Shown here: positions 53,957 to 64,000 of the stretch, piece after piece
How positions within the stretch are numbered: the stretch's first letter is position 1
Layout: each line of letters begins with the position of its first letter
Assembly (NCBI GenBank): GCA_051866815.1
Contig: JBJDXS010000058.1
Location: 31,706 to 95,705 of the forward strand
Direction: 5' to 3'
Source: Candidatus Onthomonas sp.
GTDB taxonomy: Bacteria > Bacillota > Clostridia > Oscillospirales > Oscillospiraceae
DNA: 64,000 nt
Notes under the pieces: model-generated
Database searches by the model: none
Told to the model about the DNA's origin: nothing
Seen by the model: only the letters and a program-made list of their open reading frames with translations
Program-made: the position numbers and the translations under genes

Positions 53957-55279
53957 ATGTACGATGAGATGGATCTGGTGACCCGCGCGGAGTCTGTCAA
54001 TATGCTGCTGGCCCGCTACGGAGTCAAGTTCGGCATCTACAAAAACAATACGTTTAAAGAGCAGCTCTTCCCCTTTGACGCCATTCCCCGGATCATTTCC
54101 GCCGACGAGTTTGAAATGCTGGACCGGGGCCTGCGCCAGCGGGTCAAGGCGCTGAATCTGTTTCTGGAGGACATCTACAACGAGAAGCGGATTGTCCGGG
54201 ACAAGGTGGTGCCGGAGGAGTTTATCTACGCCTCCAGCGGCTATCTGGCCCAGTGCGAGGGTATCCGCCCGCCCCACGGCGTGGCCTCCCACATCTCCGG
54301 CATCGACCTGGTGCTGGGCAAGGACGGCGTCTGGTATATTCTGGAGGACAATCTGCGGGTGCCCTCCGGCGCCTCCTATCCCCTGATTGCCCGGGAGCTC
54401 TGCCGCCGGAGCAGTCCACGCACCTTCCAGGACTATCACATTGAGGACAACCGGAACTATGCCCAGCTGCTGAGCCACACCATGGAGTATGCCAGCACCG
54501 GCGGCCTCACCGTGGTGCTCACCCCCGGCCGGTACAACGCCGCCTACTTCGAGCACTCCTATCTGGCGGAGCAGACCCACTGCCCTCTAGTCAGCGGCCA
54601 GGATCTGGTGGTGGAGCCGGACGGCGTCTATTTCGTGGACTACACTGGCAAAAAGGAGCGGGTCGGCGCCATCTACCGCCGGATCTCTGATGAGTATCTG
54701 GATCCCCTCCACTTCTGCCGGGAGTCGGTGATCGGTGTGCCCAACCTGTTCTCCGCCTATCAGAAGGGCCAGGTGGCCATTCTCAACGCTCCGGGCAATG
54801 GCATCGCCGATGACAAGGGCATCTACTACTTCGTCCCCAAGATGATCCGCTACTATCTGGGGGAGGAGCCCATCCTCTCCAACGCCCCCACCTATCTGCC
54901 CTTCTACGAGGAGGATATGAAGTACACCCTGGAGCACTTCGACTCTCTGGTGCTCAAGGACGTGGCCGAGGCGGGAGGCTACGGCGTGGTCTTCGGCAGC
55001 AAGATGACCGCCAAACAGAAGGAGGACTTTATCGCCCTGCTCAAGGCGGAGCCCCGCCGGTTCATCGCCCAGGAGGTCATCGACTTCCAGGATCTGGACA
55101 TTATGGACGAGGGCAAACGGGTGCCACGGAAGGCGGATCTCCGGGCTTTCGTCCTCTCTTCTGAGGAACCGGTGGTCTGGAAGAGCGGCCTGACCCGGTT
55201 CTCCCGCAATCCCGATTCTTTCATCGTCAATTCTTCTCAAGGAGGAGGCTTTAAGGACACATGGGTGTTAAGTCGTTAG
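53957..55279 (+). CDS. Circularly permuted type-2 ATP-grasp protein (COG2308 family)
   Basis: 440 aa from MYDEMDLVT (AGAGGGTGA SD). The sequence pattern (FPFDAIPRIIS..EF..L..GL.QR..ALN.FL.DIY, VLEDNLRVPSG, APGNGIADDK) matches this family. Confidence 0.85.
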   Translation: MYDEMDLVTRAESVNMLLARYGVKFGIYKNNTFKEQLFPFDAIPRIISADEFEMLDRGLRQRVKALNLFLEDIYNEKRIVRDKVVPEEFIYASSGYLAQCEGIRPPHGVASHISGIDLVLGKDGVWYILEDNLRVPSGASYPLIARELCRRSSPRTFQDYHIEDNRNYAQLLSHTMEYASTGGLTVVLTPGRYNAAYFEHSYLAEQTHCPLVSGQDLVVEPDGVYFVDYTGKKERVGAIYRRISDEYLDPLHFCRESVIGVPNLFSAYQKGQVAILNAPGNGIADDKGIYYFVPKMIRYYLGEEPILSNAPTYLPFYEEDMKYTLEHFDSLVLKDVAEAGGYGVVFGSKMTAKQKEDFIALLKAEPRRFIAQEVIDFQDLDIMDEGKRVPRKADLRAFVLSSEEPVVWKSGLTRFSRNPDSFIVNSSQGGGFKDTWVLSR

Positions 55280-55926
55280 ATGTGACCAACCGGCTGTTCT
55301 GGCTGGGCCGGTATTCGGAGCGGGTGTATACCACCCTGCAGCTGTTTGCAAAGCGGTATGACCAGATGTTGGATCAGGGGGACACCTACGGGGAGTTCTG
55401 CCAGTCCCTGGACATTCCCAATATCTATCCCACGGCGCAAAACTTCCTGCGCCGGTATCCCTTTGACGAGAGCGATCCCAACTCCATCGCCAGCAACCTC
55501 CGCCGGGCCTATGACAACGGCATCGAGCTGCGGCAGGAGATCGGCACCGAGGAGCTGAGCTATATCCAGCTGGCCGTCTATGAGATGAACCGGGCCCGGA
55601 ACAGTCAGGCCCCCATGCTGGAGTTCCAGAAGATCGTGGACAACATTCTGGCCTTCTGGGGCATCATTGACGACCAAGTGGAGGATGAGAATACCCGCAA
55701 CATCATCAAGGTGGGCAAGCGGGTGGAGCGCATCGACCTCTATGGCCGTCTGCACATGCCCGCCCCCGCCCTGCGCCGGGAAGTGCGCCGGCTGCTGGGC
55801 CGGATTGACCGGTGCACCGTCTGTTACCATCTGGATCGGCGGAACCAGCTGCTCCAGCTGGTGGAGGCGGAAAGCCTGGACTACCGGGCCATTGTGGACT
55901 GCGTTGAGCATCTGACGGAGGTCTGA
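55261..55926 (+). CDS. Alpha-E domain protein (COG2307 family)
   Basis: N-terminal RLFWLGRYSERVY signature, all-helical. Overlaps the ATP-grasp gene by 19 nt. Confidence 0.8.
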   Translation: MGVKSLDVTNRLFWLGRYSERVYTTLQLFAKRYDQMLDQGDTYGEFCQSLDIPNIYPTAQNFLRRYPFDESDPNSIASNLRRAYDNGIELRQEIGTEELSYIQLAVYEMNRARNSQAPMLEFQKIVDNILAFWGIIDDQVEDENTRNIIKVGKRVERIDLYGRLHMPAPALRREVRRLLGRIDRCTVCYHLDRRNQLLQLVEAESLDYRAIVDCVEHLTEV

Positions 55927-55927
55927 G

Positions 55928-56743
55928 ATGGAGGAGCTGCGATACGAATACAGTCTCCGGCTCCAGTTTTCCCAGCCGGCGTGGAATCACCGGTTTTTCC
56001 TCCGTGCCTTCCCCCAATCGGACGGGCGTCAGCAGCTCTTTGATCAGCGGATCGAGATCTCCCCCCACCGCTTTCTCCAGGAAAGCAGAGATTCCTTCGG
56101 GAACCTCTGCTTTTATGGTGCGGCCGAGGAGGAGCAGGACGCATTTTTGGTGGAGGTCACCGGCTGGGCCAGAACCGGCCTGTCCTCAGGCGTGCCGGAG
56201 CCGAATCCGGAGCGGTGGAGCGCGATGAAATATCCCTCCCCCTACACCCGGCCCGGCCCCCATCTGCTGGCCCTGGCCCGGCGGCTGCCGCCCCGGAGTG
56301 AGAATTGCGCTCCCCTGGAGCGCAGCATCCAACTCATGGAGGCGGTCTACAGCGCCCTGTCCTACCAGCAGTGGGTCACCGGCATCCAGACCACCGCCGA
56401 GGAGGCCCTGGCCCTGGGGGCGGGGGTTTGTCAGGACTATGCCCACATCCTTCTGGCCCTGTGCCGGCTGGAGGGAATTCCCGCCCGGTATGTGGTGGGC
56501 ATGCTCCAGGGCGAGGGGGCCAGCCATGCTTGGGTGGAGGTGCTCAGCCAGGGCCGCTGGTACGGCCTGGATCCCACCAATTTGCTCCGTGTGGAGGGGC
56601 AGCACATCAAAATCTCCTGCGGGAGAGACTACGGAGACTGTATTTTAAATCAGGGCGTCTTTCTGGGGGGCGGAACCCAGACTCAGACCGTGCGGGTGTC
56701 TGTCTCGCCCTGTACTATCCCCTTGGAAGCGGGAGAACTGTGA
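55928..56743 (+). CDS. Transglutaminase-like cysteine peptidase (COG1305 family)
   Basis: The catalytic triad contexts are intact: GAGVCQDYAH (Cys), GASHAWVEV (His), WYGLDPTN (Asp). Starts 1 nt after the alpha-E stop. Confidence 0.85.
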   Translation: MEELRYEYSLRLQFSQPAWNHRFFLRAFPQSDGRQQLFDQRIEISPHRFLQESRDSFGNLCFYGAAEEEQDAFLVEVTGWARTGLSSGVPEPNPERWSAMKYPSPYTRPGPHLLALARRLPPRSENCAPLERSIQLMEAVYSALSYQQWVTGIQTTAEEALALGAGVCQDYAHILLALCRLEGIPARYVVGMLQGEGASHAWVEVLSQGRWYGLDPTNLLRVEGQHIKISCGRDYGDCILNQGVFLGGGTQTQTVRVSVSPCTIPLEAGEL

Positions 56744-56755
56744 GGAGTGATTGTT

Positions 56756-57691
56756 ATGATTCAGACGGTGGCGTCCATCCCATTGCCCGTCTTTGAAAAT
56801 CTGGTTATCCAGAAAAACCGCCTGTCCCCGGCCTCCGGGGCCAAGGGCAGGCGGATCAGTGTTGTCACCGGTATCCACGGCGATGAACTGGAGGGGCAGT
56901 ACGTCTGCTACCAGCTCTGCCGCCAGATTCAGGAACACCCGGAGTACCTCCAGGGCACGGTAGATCTCTATCCCGCCCTGAATCCCTTGGGCATCGACTC
57001 GGTGACCCGGGGCATTCCCGGCTTTGACCTGGACATGAACCGGCTGTTTCCCGGCAGCCGGGACGGGGCCATGACCGAGTACATGGCCGCCAAGATCATC
57101 GAGGATCTGCTGGGCTCTGACCTGTGCCTGGACATCCACGCCAGCAATATCTATCTCACCGAGATGCCCCAGATCCGCATCAACGAGCTGTTCCGGGATC
57201 AGCTAATGGACTACGCTAAGCTGGCCAATGTGGACTTTATCTGGGTGCACGGGGCCAATACCGTGCTGGAGGCCACCCTGGCCCACAGCCTGAACAGCCG
57301 GAATGTCCCCACCCTGGTGGTGGAGATGGGAGTGGGTATGCGATTGACCCCGTCTTACGGCGACCAGCTCACTCAAGGCATTTTCCGGCTGATGGCGGAG
57401 CTGGGCATTTGGACCGGGCCGGTACCTGAGGTGCGGACGCCCGTGATCTCTGAGGAGGGGGACGCCGTCTGCTATCTCAACGCCCCGGTCTCCGGTATCT
57501 TTCTCAAAGAGAGCACCCACGGAACCATGCTGAGAGCGGGCGACCGGATCGGCTCCATCCTCAACCCCCTCACCGGCGAAATTCTCTGCCAGGTCACCGC
57601 TCCGGCGGACGGCCTGCTCTTCACCATCCGGGAGTACCCGGTGGTGGACGAGGGGTCGCTGCTGGCCCGAATCCGGAAGGAGGCTGTGTGA
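56756..57691 (+). CDS. M14 metallopeptidase of the succinylglutamate desuccinylase/aspartoacylase (AstE/AspA) type, motifs intact
   Basis: The Zn ligands are in GIHGDELEG (HxxE) and CLDIHAS (His). DMNRLFPG is present, and LVVEMG holds the candidate catalytic Glu. Confidence 0.8.
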   Translation: MIQTVASIPLPVFENLVIQKNRLSPASGAKGRRISVVTGIHGDELEGQYVCYQLCRQIQEHPEYLQGTVDLYPALNPLGIDSVTRGIPGFDLDMNRLFPGSRDGAMTEYMAAKIIEDLLGSDLCLDIHASNIYLTEMPQIRINELFRDQLMDYAKLANVDFIWVHGANTVLEATLAHSLNSRNVPTLVVEMGVGMRLTPSYGDQLTQGIFRLMAELGIWTGPVPEVRTPVISEEGDAVCYLNAPVSGIFLKESTHGTMLRAGDRIGSILNPLTGEILCQVTAPADGLLFTIREYPVVDEGSLLARIRKEAV

Positions 57692-57692
57692 C

Positions 57693-58625
57693 ATGAGACA
57701 GAGCGTCATCTATGAGATTCCCTCCCTCTATCGGGAGAATTTCCGCATCCACGGCTACACCTTCGGCCAGGGGGAGAAGGCCCTGTGCGTGGTGGGCAGC
57801 CTCCGGGGCAATGAGTACCAGCAGATCTACACCTGCTCCCAACTGGTCAAAGCCCTGAAGCGGGCGGAGCAGCGGGGAGAGCTGAGTCCCGGCAAGGAGA
57901 TTCTGGTGCTGCCCTCCCTGAACCCCTATTCCATGAATGTGGGGAAACGGTTCTGGCCCACCGACAATACCGACATCAACCGGATGTTCCCCGGCTACGA
58001 CCAGGGGGAGACCACCCAGCGGATTGCAGACGGCGTGTTCCGTCAGATATCCCAGTACGAAAACGGCATCCAGTTGGCCTCCTTCTATATGCCCGGCCAG
58101 TTTCTGCCCCATGTACGGATGATGCGCACCGGCTTTGAGAATGTGGAAAAGGCTAAAGAATTTGGCTTGCCCCACATCATCCTCCGGGATCCCCGGCCCT
58201 ATGATACCACCACCCTGAACTACAACTGGCAGATCTGGAACACCAACGCCTACAGCATTTACACTACCACCACTGGCGCCATCGATGAGGTCAGCGCTGA
58301 CCTGGCCGTCCGGGCAATCCTCCGATTCCTGGCCCGGGAGGGGGTATTGGACCATCCGGTGGGGGGCGGCTATCTGTCCCAGGTGTGGGAGGACAGTACG
58401 CTTGCTTCGGTGCGGCCCCGCTACGCGGGCATCTTCCGGCCCCTGTGCAAGCCGGGAGATCGGATCACCGCCGGCGACCCGCTGGCGGAAATTCTGGATC
58501 CCGGGGAGGGCAGCGCTCTGGAGCGGCTGCTGGCGCCCTGTGACGGCGTGGTCTTCTTCCTCCACAGCGACCCCATGACCTATGCCAACACGGCGGTGGT
58601 AAAACTGCTGCCGGAGCGGTATTGA
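57693..58625 (+). CDS. AstE/AspA-type M14 paralog lacking the metal-binding and catalytic residues
   Basis: Collinear with the upstream paralog (DINRMFPG conserved), but GIHGDELEG becomes GSLRGNEYQQ, LDIHAS becomes IQLASF, and VVEMG becomes IYTTTTG. Confidence 0.75.
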   Translation: MRQSVIYEIPSLYRENFRIHGYTFGQGEKALCVVGSLRGNEYQQIYTCSQLVKALKRAEQRGELSPGKEILVLPSLNPYSMNVGKRFWPTDNTDINRMFPGYDQGETTQRIADGVFRQISQYENGIQLASFYMPGQFLPHVRMMRTGFENVEKAKEFGLPHIILRDPRPYDTTTLNYNWQIWNTNAYSIYTTTTGAIDEVSADLAVRAILRFLAREGVLDHPVGGGYLSQVWEDSTLASVRPRYAGIFRPLCKPGDRITAGDPLAEILDPGEGSALERLLAPCDGVVFFLHSDPMTYANTAVVKLLPERY

Positions 58626-58645
58626 CAGCGACACCCCATAAAAAT

Positions 58646-58677
58646 GCGCCGTCCGGCTTGCCGGGCGGCGCTCTTTT
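58646..58677. terminator. Bidirectional terminator between the M14 pair and the YheO-like gene
   Basis: GCGCCG(T)CCGG-CTTG-CCGG(G)CGGCGC, flanked by AAAAA on the left and TCTTTT on the right. Confidence 0.8.
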
Positions 58678-58695
58678 CCATCGTATCGAATTTTC

Positions 58696-59355
58696 TCAGG
58701 CTTCCTCTTTTTCCGCCTCTCCCCGGGCGGCTTTTTCCTCGGCCAGCTCAGAGAGGTACTTGTACACCGTATACCGGGACACGCCCAGCCGCTGGGAGAC
58801 AAAGGGCACCGACTTCCGGAAGGAGAAGGCCTCCTTCTGATCCAGCAGGGCGATGATCTTCATCCGATCCACCTTGTTCAGCGCGGAGACCGGCTTGCCC
58901 ACGGCGGCCAGGCACTCGTCAAAGACCTCGCCCAGGCGATTGTCCCCGCTGTGCCACATAGCAGATTTCAGGTCGGCGTCGGCGCTCATCAGGTCGACCA
59001 GAATCCGGTTGGCGTAGACCAGGGAGGAATAGTCAAAGTTAATGCCCAGGGCCAGATTGTAGTCCTCTCCGATCATGTGGAAGGTAGAGCTCTTGATCTG
59101 CTGACCGGAGGGGGTAGTGGCGTAGAGGTTGACAAAGTCGGTCTTCAGTCCCTCTTCACTGAGCTGGGTCTCATTGCCCAAAATGTCCATAGTGGAACCA
59201 ACTGCCCGACCGGAGACATGGCCGTTATAGATCGAGAGGATCGGATGACTGGGAATACTCATGTCGTGAACTAATGTCTCGCAGGAGGAGCCAAAGGTTT
59301 CTGCGATGCCTTTAGCTGTCCGATCCAAAAATTCAAACGCTTCTTCCCGGTTCAT
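58696..59355 (-). CDS. YheO-like PAS domain plus C-terminal HTH transcriptional regulator
   Basis: The N-terminal part is ...SCETLVHD...ILSIYNGHVSGR...G. The C-terminal HTH is VSQRLGVSRYTVYKYL. Start is ATG 59355, after AAGAGGAGAG. Confidence 0.78.
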   Translation of the reverse strand: MNREEAFEFLDRTAKGIAETFGSSCETLVHDMSIPSHPILSIYNGHVSGRAVGSTMDILGNETQLSEEGLKTDFVNLYATTPSGQQIKSSTFHMIGEDYNLALGINFDYSSLVYANRILVDLMSADADLKSAMWHSGDNRLGEVFDECLAAVGKPVSALNKVDRMKIIALLDQKEAFSFRKSVPFVSQRLGVSRYTVYKYLSELAEEKAARGEAEKEEA

Positions 59356-59392
59356 GGCGGTCTCTCCTCTTCCCGCAAGATTTGTCATATTT

Positions 59393-59422
59393 ATTATAAA
59401 AGAATCGACCAACTGATGTCAA
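59393..59422 (-). promoter_or_regulatory. Promoter candidate for the YheO-like gene (TTGACA-18-TATAAT)
   Basis: Minus-strand TTGACA (plus 59417-59422) and TATAAT (plus 59393-59398). Confidence 0.5.
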
Positions 59423-59479
59423 GAGAAAGGGGATAATTGACGCAGGTTTCAGGATAAAGTTCGTTAAAAAGTGACAAAA

Positions 59480-59506
59480 CACTGTCCGACACCTGCCGGA
59501 CAGTGT
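59480..59506 (-). terminator. Second eno terminator hairpin
   Basis: ACACTGTCCG-loop-CGGACAGTGT. On the minus strand it is followed by TTTTGTCACTTTTT. Confidence 0.7.
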
Positions 59507-59529
59507 GCGGGTTGCCGAAGACGGAAAAC

Positions 59530-59568
59530 GCCCGGGCGGATAGAGAGCGTTTCCAGTCCGCCCGGGCT
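59530..59568 (-). terminator. First hairpin after the eno stop
   Basis: GCCCGGGCGGA...TCCGCCCGGGC (11-bp stem, 17-nt loop). On the minus strand it is followed by GTTTTCC. Confidence 0.55.
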
Positions 59569-59578
59569 GCCGCCGGTC

Positions 59579-61202
<1,624 letters not shown>

Positions 61203-61324
61203 TACTGTTCCCCCATATTGTTATATGGAAACAGTTTATCCTAGTCAAAATGTTTACTAATCTTTCAGGACAAATTTTTACTGGATTTCTCCCAACATAC
61301 CCTTTAAAGTAAAAATATTTACTA

Positions 61325-61353
61325 TTGACATCAGTACACAAGTTTACTAAAAT
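61325..61353 (+). promoter_or_regulatory. Promoter candidate (TTGACA-17-TAAAAT) for the secreted hydrolase gene
   Basis: TTGACA at 61325-61330 and TAAAAT at 61348-61353. Two of the four TTTACT repeats overlap it. Confidence 0.5.
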
Positions 61354-61429
61354 ATAGAAAACAAAAAGAAAGGAGGGCAGTCTTTGGACATGCGTTTGAG
61401 GCGCAAAAAAATAAAAAGGGGGTACTTTT

Positions 61430-62464
61430 ATGAAGAAACGTATTCTGTCTCTGTTCCTGGCAGTCATAACAATTATGGGACTCTTTGTTGTGCCTGCATC
61501 CGCTGTAGATCTTCCTGCTGTTTCGTCCAGCAAATATATCTCCTGCTATACGCTAAGCACATCCGGTAAAGTGTATGCTTATAAAGAAGATGAATTGAAG
61601 AACAAGACCGGAGGCTATATTGACTGTTCCACAGATGAATGCCGCATCATCGAATTCAGCGGAACAGCTGTGCGGGTATCTTATCCGGTTTCCGGCGGGC
61701 GCAAGACTGCCTGGTTTGACCATGAAGCTTTTACCAAGCGGGATTGGGCGGTACGAGGCCCTCAGTCCAAGATGACGGCAACCAAGCAGATTACAACCTA
61801 TAAGCGGCAGTCGTGCAGCAGTGATGTGAAGTATGGGTATATTTCCAAAGGCGATGTAATTTATGTCAACAAAGAATATGATGATGTTACGCAGGTGATT
61901 TATCCCACTGGAAGCACTTACAAGATGGCGTGGGTATTGACCAGTGACCTATATGGTACGCAGAATTCCACAGAGGCTGCGGTACAGGCTAGATTAGATA
62001 AAATCGCAAATGGAACACTAAAGTATAATTCCGACACAGTTCTGCAAGTCGGAAAAACCTTTGTTGGATATAGGGAAAATGAGCAATGTAAAGGTTATGC
62101 AAAAGATGTATTCGAGCTCTGCTTTGGAATTACACCTGGTAGCACGCAAGCAAAGCCAAACAATCATCTGCTAAATTCCACCTCAGGAATGACTAAGGTA
62201 GGCAGCGTTACATCTATGACTAACAGCAACGTAAAGGCTCTTTTCAGCAAAGCTCGTCCCGGTGATTTCGTTCAGATCCGCCGCAGTCATGGTGGTTCGC
62301 ATTCGGCAATTGTCTACTCTGTGTCTTCCGATGGAGTAACCTTCCTTGAGGCGAACCTTGATGGAAAGAATACAATTTATAAGAAAACTTATACCTGGAG
62401 CAGTCTTTGCTCATCCAATGCCAAGATGTCTGTTTACACAGCCACGAACTACAAACTGAAATAA
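61430..62464 (+). CDS. Secreted protein: signal peptide, two SH3b-like repeats, and a C-terminal CHAP/NlpC-like cysteine amidase/peptidase domain
   Basis: The signal peptide is MKKRILSLFLAVITIMGLFVVPASA. Two roughly 70-aa repeats end in ...AWF/AWV. The C-terminus has NEQCKGYAKDVF (Cys), GGSHSAIVYSV (His) and FLEANLDG (polar third residue). Clearly lower GC than neighbouring genes. Confidence 0.7.
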   Translation: MKKRILSLFLAVITIMGLFVVPASAVDLPAVSSSKYISCYTLSTSGKVYAYKEDELKNKTGGYIDCSTDECRIIEFSGTAVRVSYPVSGGRKTAWFDHEAFTKRDWAVRGPQSKMTATKQITTYKRQSCSSDVKYGYISKGDVIYVNKEYDDVTQVIYPTGSTYKMAWVLTSDLYGTQNSTEAAVQARLDKIANGTLKYNSDTVLQVGKTFVGYRENEQCKGYAKDVFELCFGITPGSTQAKPNNHLLNSTSGMTKVGSVTSMTNSNVKALFSKARPGDFVQIRRSHGGSHSAIVYSVSSDGVTFLEANLDGKNTIYKKTYTWSSLCSSNAKMSVYTATNYKLK

Positions 62465-62473
62465 GAAACACTG

Positions 62474-62500
62474 CCCCCGACTCCACACGGAGCCGGGGGC
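62474..62500. terminator. Hairpin between the hydrolase gene and gpmI
   Basis: CCCCCG(A)CTCC-ACAC-GGAG(C)CGGGGG. The T tracts on both sides are weak. Confidence 0.45.
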
Positions 62501-62535
62501 GGCGCTCATTTCAGAGATTCACTTGTACCGGAAGC

Positions 62536-64000
62536 TCAGTCGTCAATCAGGCTGACGCCGTCCATCTCCACAGGCTTCTCCAGGCCCATGAGATCCAGCA
62601 TAGTGGGGGCGATGTCGCACAGACGGCCGTCCTTCAGCTTGACGTCGGCGCCCACGATGCAGAAGGGCACCAGGTTGGTGGTATGGGCGGTCATGGGAGA
62701 GACGCCGTCGGCCTGGAGCATCTGCTCGCAGTTGCCGTGGTCGGCGGTGATCAGGGTGACGCCGCCCATCTTGCTGGTGGCCTCCACCACCTGGCCCACG
62801 CAGCGATCCACCGTCTCCACAGCGATCTCAGCCGCGCTGAGGACGCCGGTGTGGCCCACCATATCGCCGTTGGCGAAGTTGAGGATGATGACGTCGTACT
62901 TGCCGCTTTCGATGCGCTCCACACAGGCGGCAGCCACCTCGTTGGCGGACATGTCCGGCTTCAGGTCGTAGGTGGCAACCTTGGGGGAGGGGATCAAGCA
63001 GCGGTCCTCGCCGGGGAAGACCTTCTCCACGCCGCCGTTGAAGAAGAAGGTGACGTGGGCGTACTTCTCGGTCTCGGCAATCCGCAGCTGGGTCAGGCCC
63101 AGGTCGGAGATATACTCGCCGAAGATCTTGGTCAGCTTCTGCTTGGGGAAGGCGATCTCCACGTTGGGCATGGTGGCGTCATAGGAGGTGGTGCACACAT
63201 AGTTGACGTGGAAGAAGCCCTTGCGGCGCTCAAAGCCCTTGAACTCGGGATCCACAAAGGTGCGGGTGATCTCCCGGGCACGGTCAGGCCGGAAGTTCAT
63301 AAAGATGATGGAGTCGCCCTCGCCGATTTCTGCGTTCTCGGCGGTGATGACGGGCACCACGAACTCATCGGTGACGCCGGCGTCATAGCTGGCCTGCATG
63401 GCGCCCACAGGGTCGTCGATGAAGCGGGCCTCGCTCTCGCCGTAGACCATGGCCTTGTAGCTCTTCTCCACACGATCCCAGTTGGTGTCCCGGTCCATGG
63501 CATAGTACCGGCCGGAGATGGTGGCGATCTTGGCGCCGTACTGGTCGCAGGTCTCCTTCATCTGAGCCACATAGCCCTTGCCGGAGGTGGGGGGCACGTC
63601 ACGGCCGTCCATGAAGCAGTGGACAAAGACCTTTTTGCAGCCCAGCTCCCGGGCCATCTTGACGGCGGCCTGAATATGGGTGATGTGGGAGTGGACGCCG
63701 CCGTCGGACATGAGGCCGTAGATGTGGACAGCCTTGCCCGCTTCCTTGGCGGCCAGCATGGCCTTCTTGTAGGCGGGATTCTCGAAGAAAGTGCCGTCCT
63801 GGATGGCCTTGGTGATCTTGGGCAGATCCTGGAACACCACACGGCCGGCGCCGATATTGGTATGTCCCACCTCGCTGTTGCCCATCTGGCCGTCAGGCAG
63901 ACCCACGTCCATGCCGGAGGCGGAGAGACGGCTGGTGGGATTCTCGGCAAACAGCTTGTCCAGAACAGGAGTGGGGGCCAGCCGGAAGGCGTTGCCCTCG
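62536..64000 (-). CDS. gpmI: 2,3-bisphosphoglycerate-independent phosphoglycerate mutase; 5' end beyond the window
   Basis: GLPDGQMGNSEVGHTNIGAGR and ITADHGNCE motifs. The frame stays open upstream of the track Met to nt 64000 (...NAFRLAPTPVLDKLFAENPTSRLSASG). Confidence 0.93.
   Translation of the reverse strand, partial: EGNAFRLAPTPVLDKLFAENPTSRLSASGMDVGLPDGQMGNSEVGHTNIGAGRVVFQDLPKITKAIQDGTFFENPAYKKAMLAAKEAGKAVHIYGLMSDGGVHSHITHIQAAVKMARELGCKKVFVHCFMDGRDVPPTSGKGYVAQMKETCDQYGAKIATISGRYYAMDRDTNWDRVEKSYKAMVYGESEARFIDDPVGAMQASYDAGVTDEFVVPVITAENAEIGEGDSIIFMNFRPDRAREITRTFVDPEFKGFERRKGFFHVNYVCTTSYDATMPNVEIAFPKQKLTKIFGEYISDLGLTQLRIAETEKYAHVTFFFNGGVEKVFPGEDRCLIPSPKVATYDLKPDMSANEVAAACVERIESGKYDVIILNFANGDMVGHTGVLSAAEIAVETVDRCVGQVVEATSKMGGVTLITADHGNCEQMLQADGVSPMTAHTTNLVPFCIVGADVKLKDGRLCDIAPTMLDLMGLEKPVEMDGVSLIDD

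Overview
GC-rich chromosomal segment (over 60% G+C by eye, not computed) from a spore-forming Clostridia-type Firmicute. spoIID and spoIIID are present; an Oscillospiraceae-like origin is only an inference from gene content and repeat style. About 60 genes are tightly packed. Most are core housekeeping: an RR-HK-htrA operon, murI, the complete rimP-nusA-ylxR-ylxQ-infB-rbfA-nrnA-truB-ribF operon, tRNA-Gln, pyrE, radC, uvrB/uvrA, recD2, citrate synthase, prfC, azlCD, cstA/ppdK, and eno/gpmI. Five things stand out. (1) A GntR-controlled operon joins a dedicated ECF importer (S, fused double ATPase, T) to five tandem DUF62 (SAM hydrolase/halogenase-fold) paralogs: three intact, one with degenerate catalytic motifs, one N-domain only. 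(2) A five-gene, translationally coupled operon encodes a circularly permuted ATP-grasp ligase, an alpha-E protein, a transglutaminase-like Cys peptidase and an active/degenerate pair of M14 (AstE/AspA-type) metallopeptidases, behind a leader terminator. (3) A family of GTAGGG-headed GC-rich hairpin repeats (11 copies) is accompanied by a RAYT-like HUH transposase wedged between uvrB and uvrA. Its own coding sequence contains two exact inverted copies of the repeat. (4) A low-GC 1.6-kb insertion (XRE regulator plus a secreted SH3b/CHAP-like hydrolase) splits the gpmI-eno pair. (5) Smaller oddities include an orphan MazF toxin, a 200-aa ArgRS-fragment-like ORF coupled to a DUF1934 gene, and hairpin-packed spacers inside the infB operon. 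No CRISPR array, rRNA, prophage or integrase was seen. All calls come from reading the sequence and ORF translations; no database search was possible.
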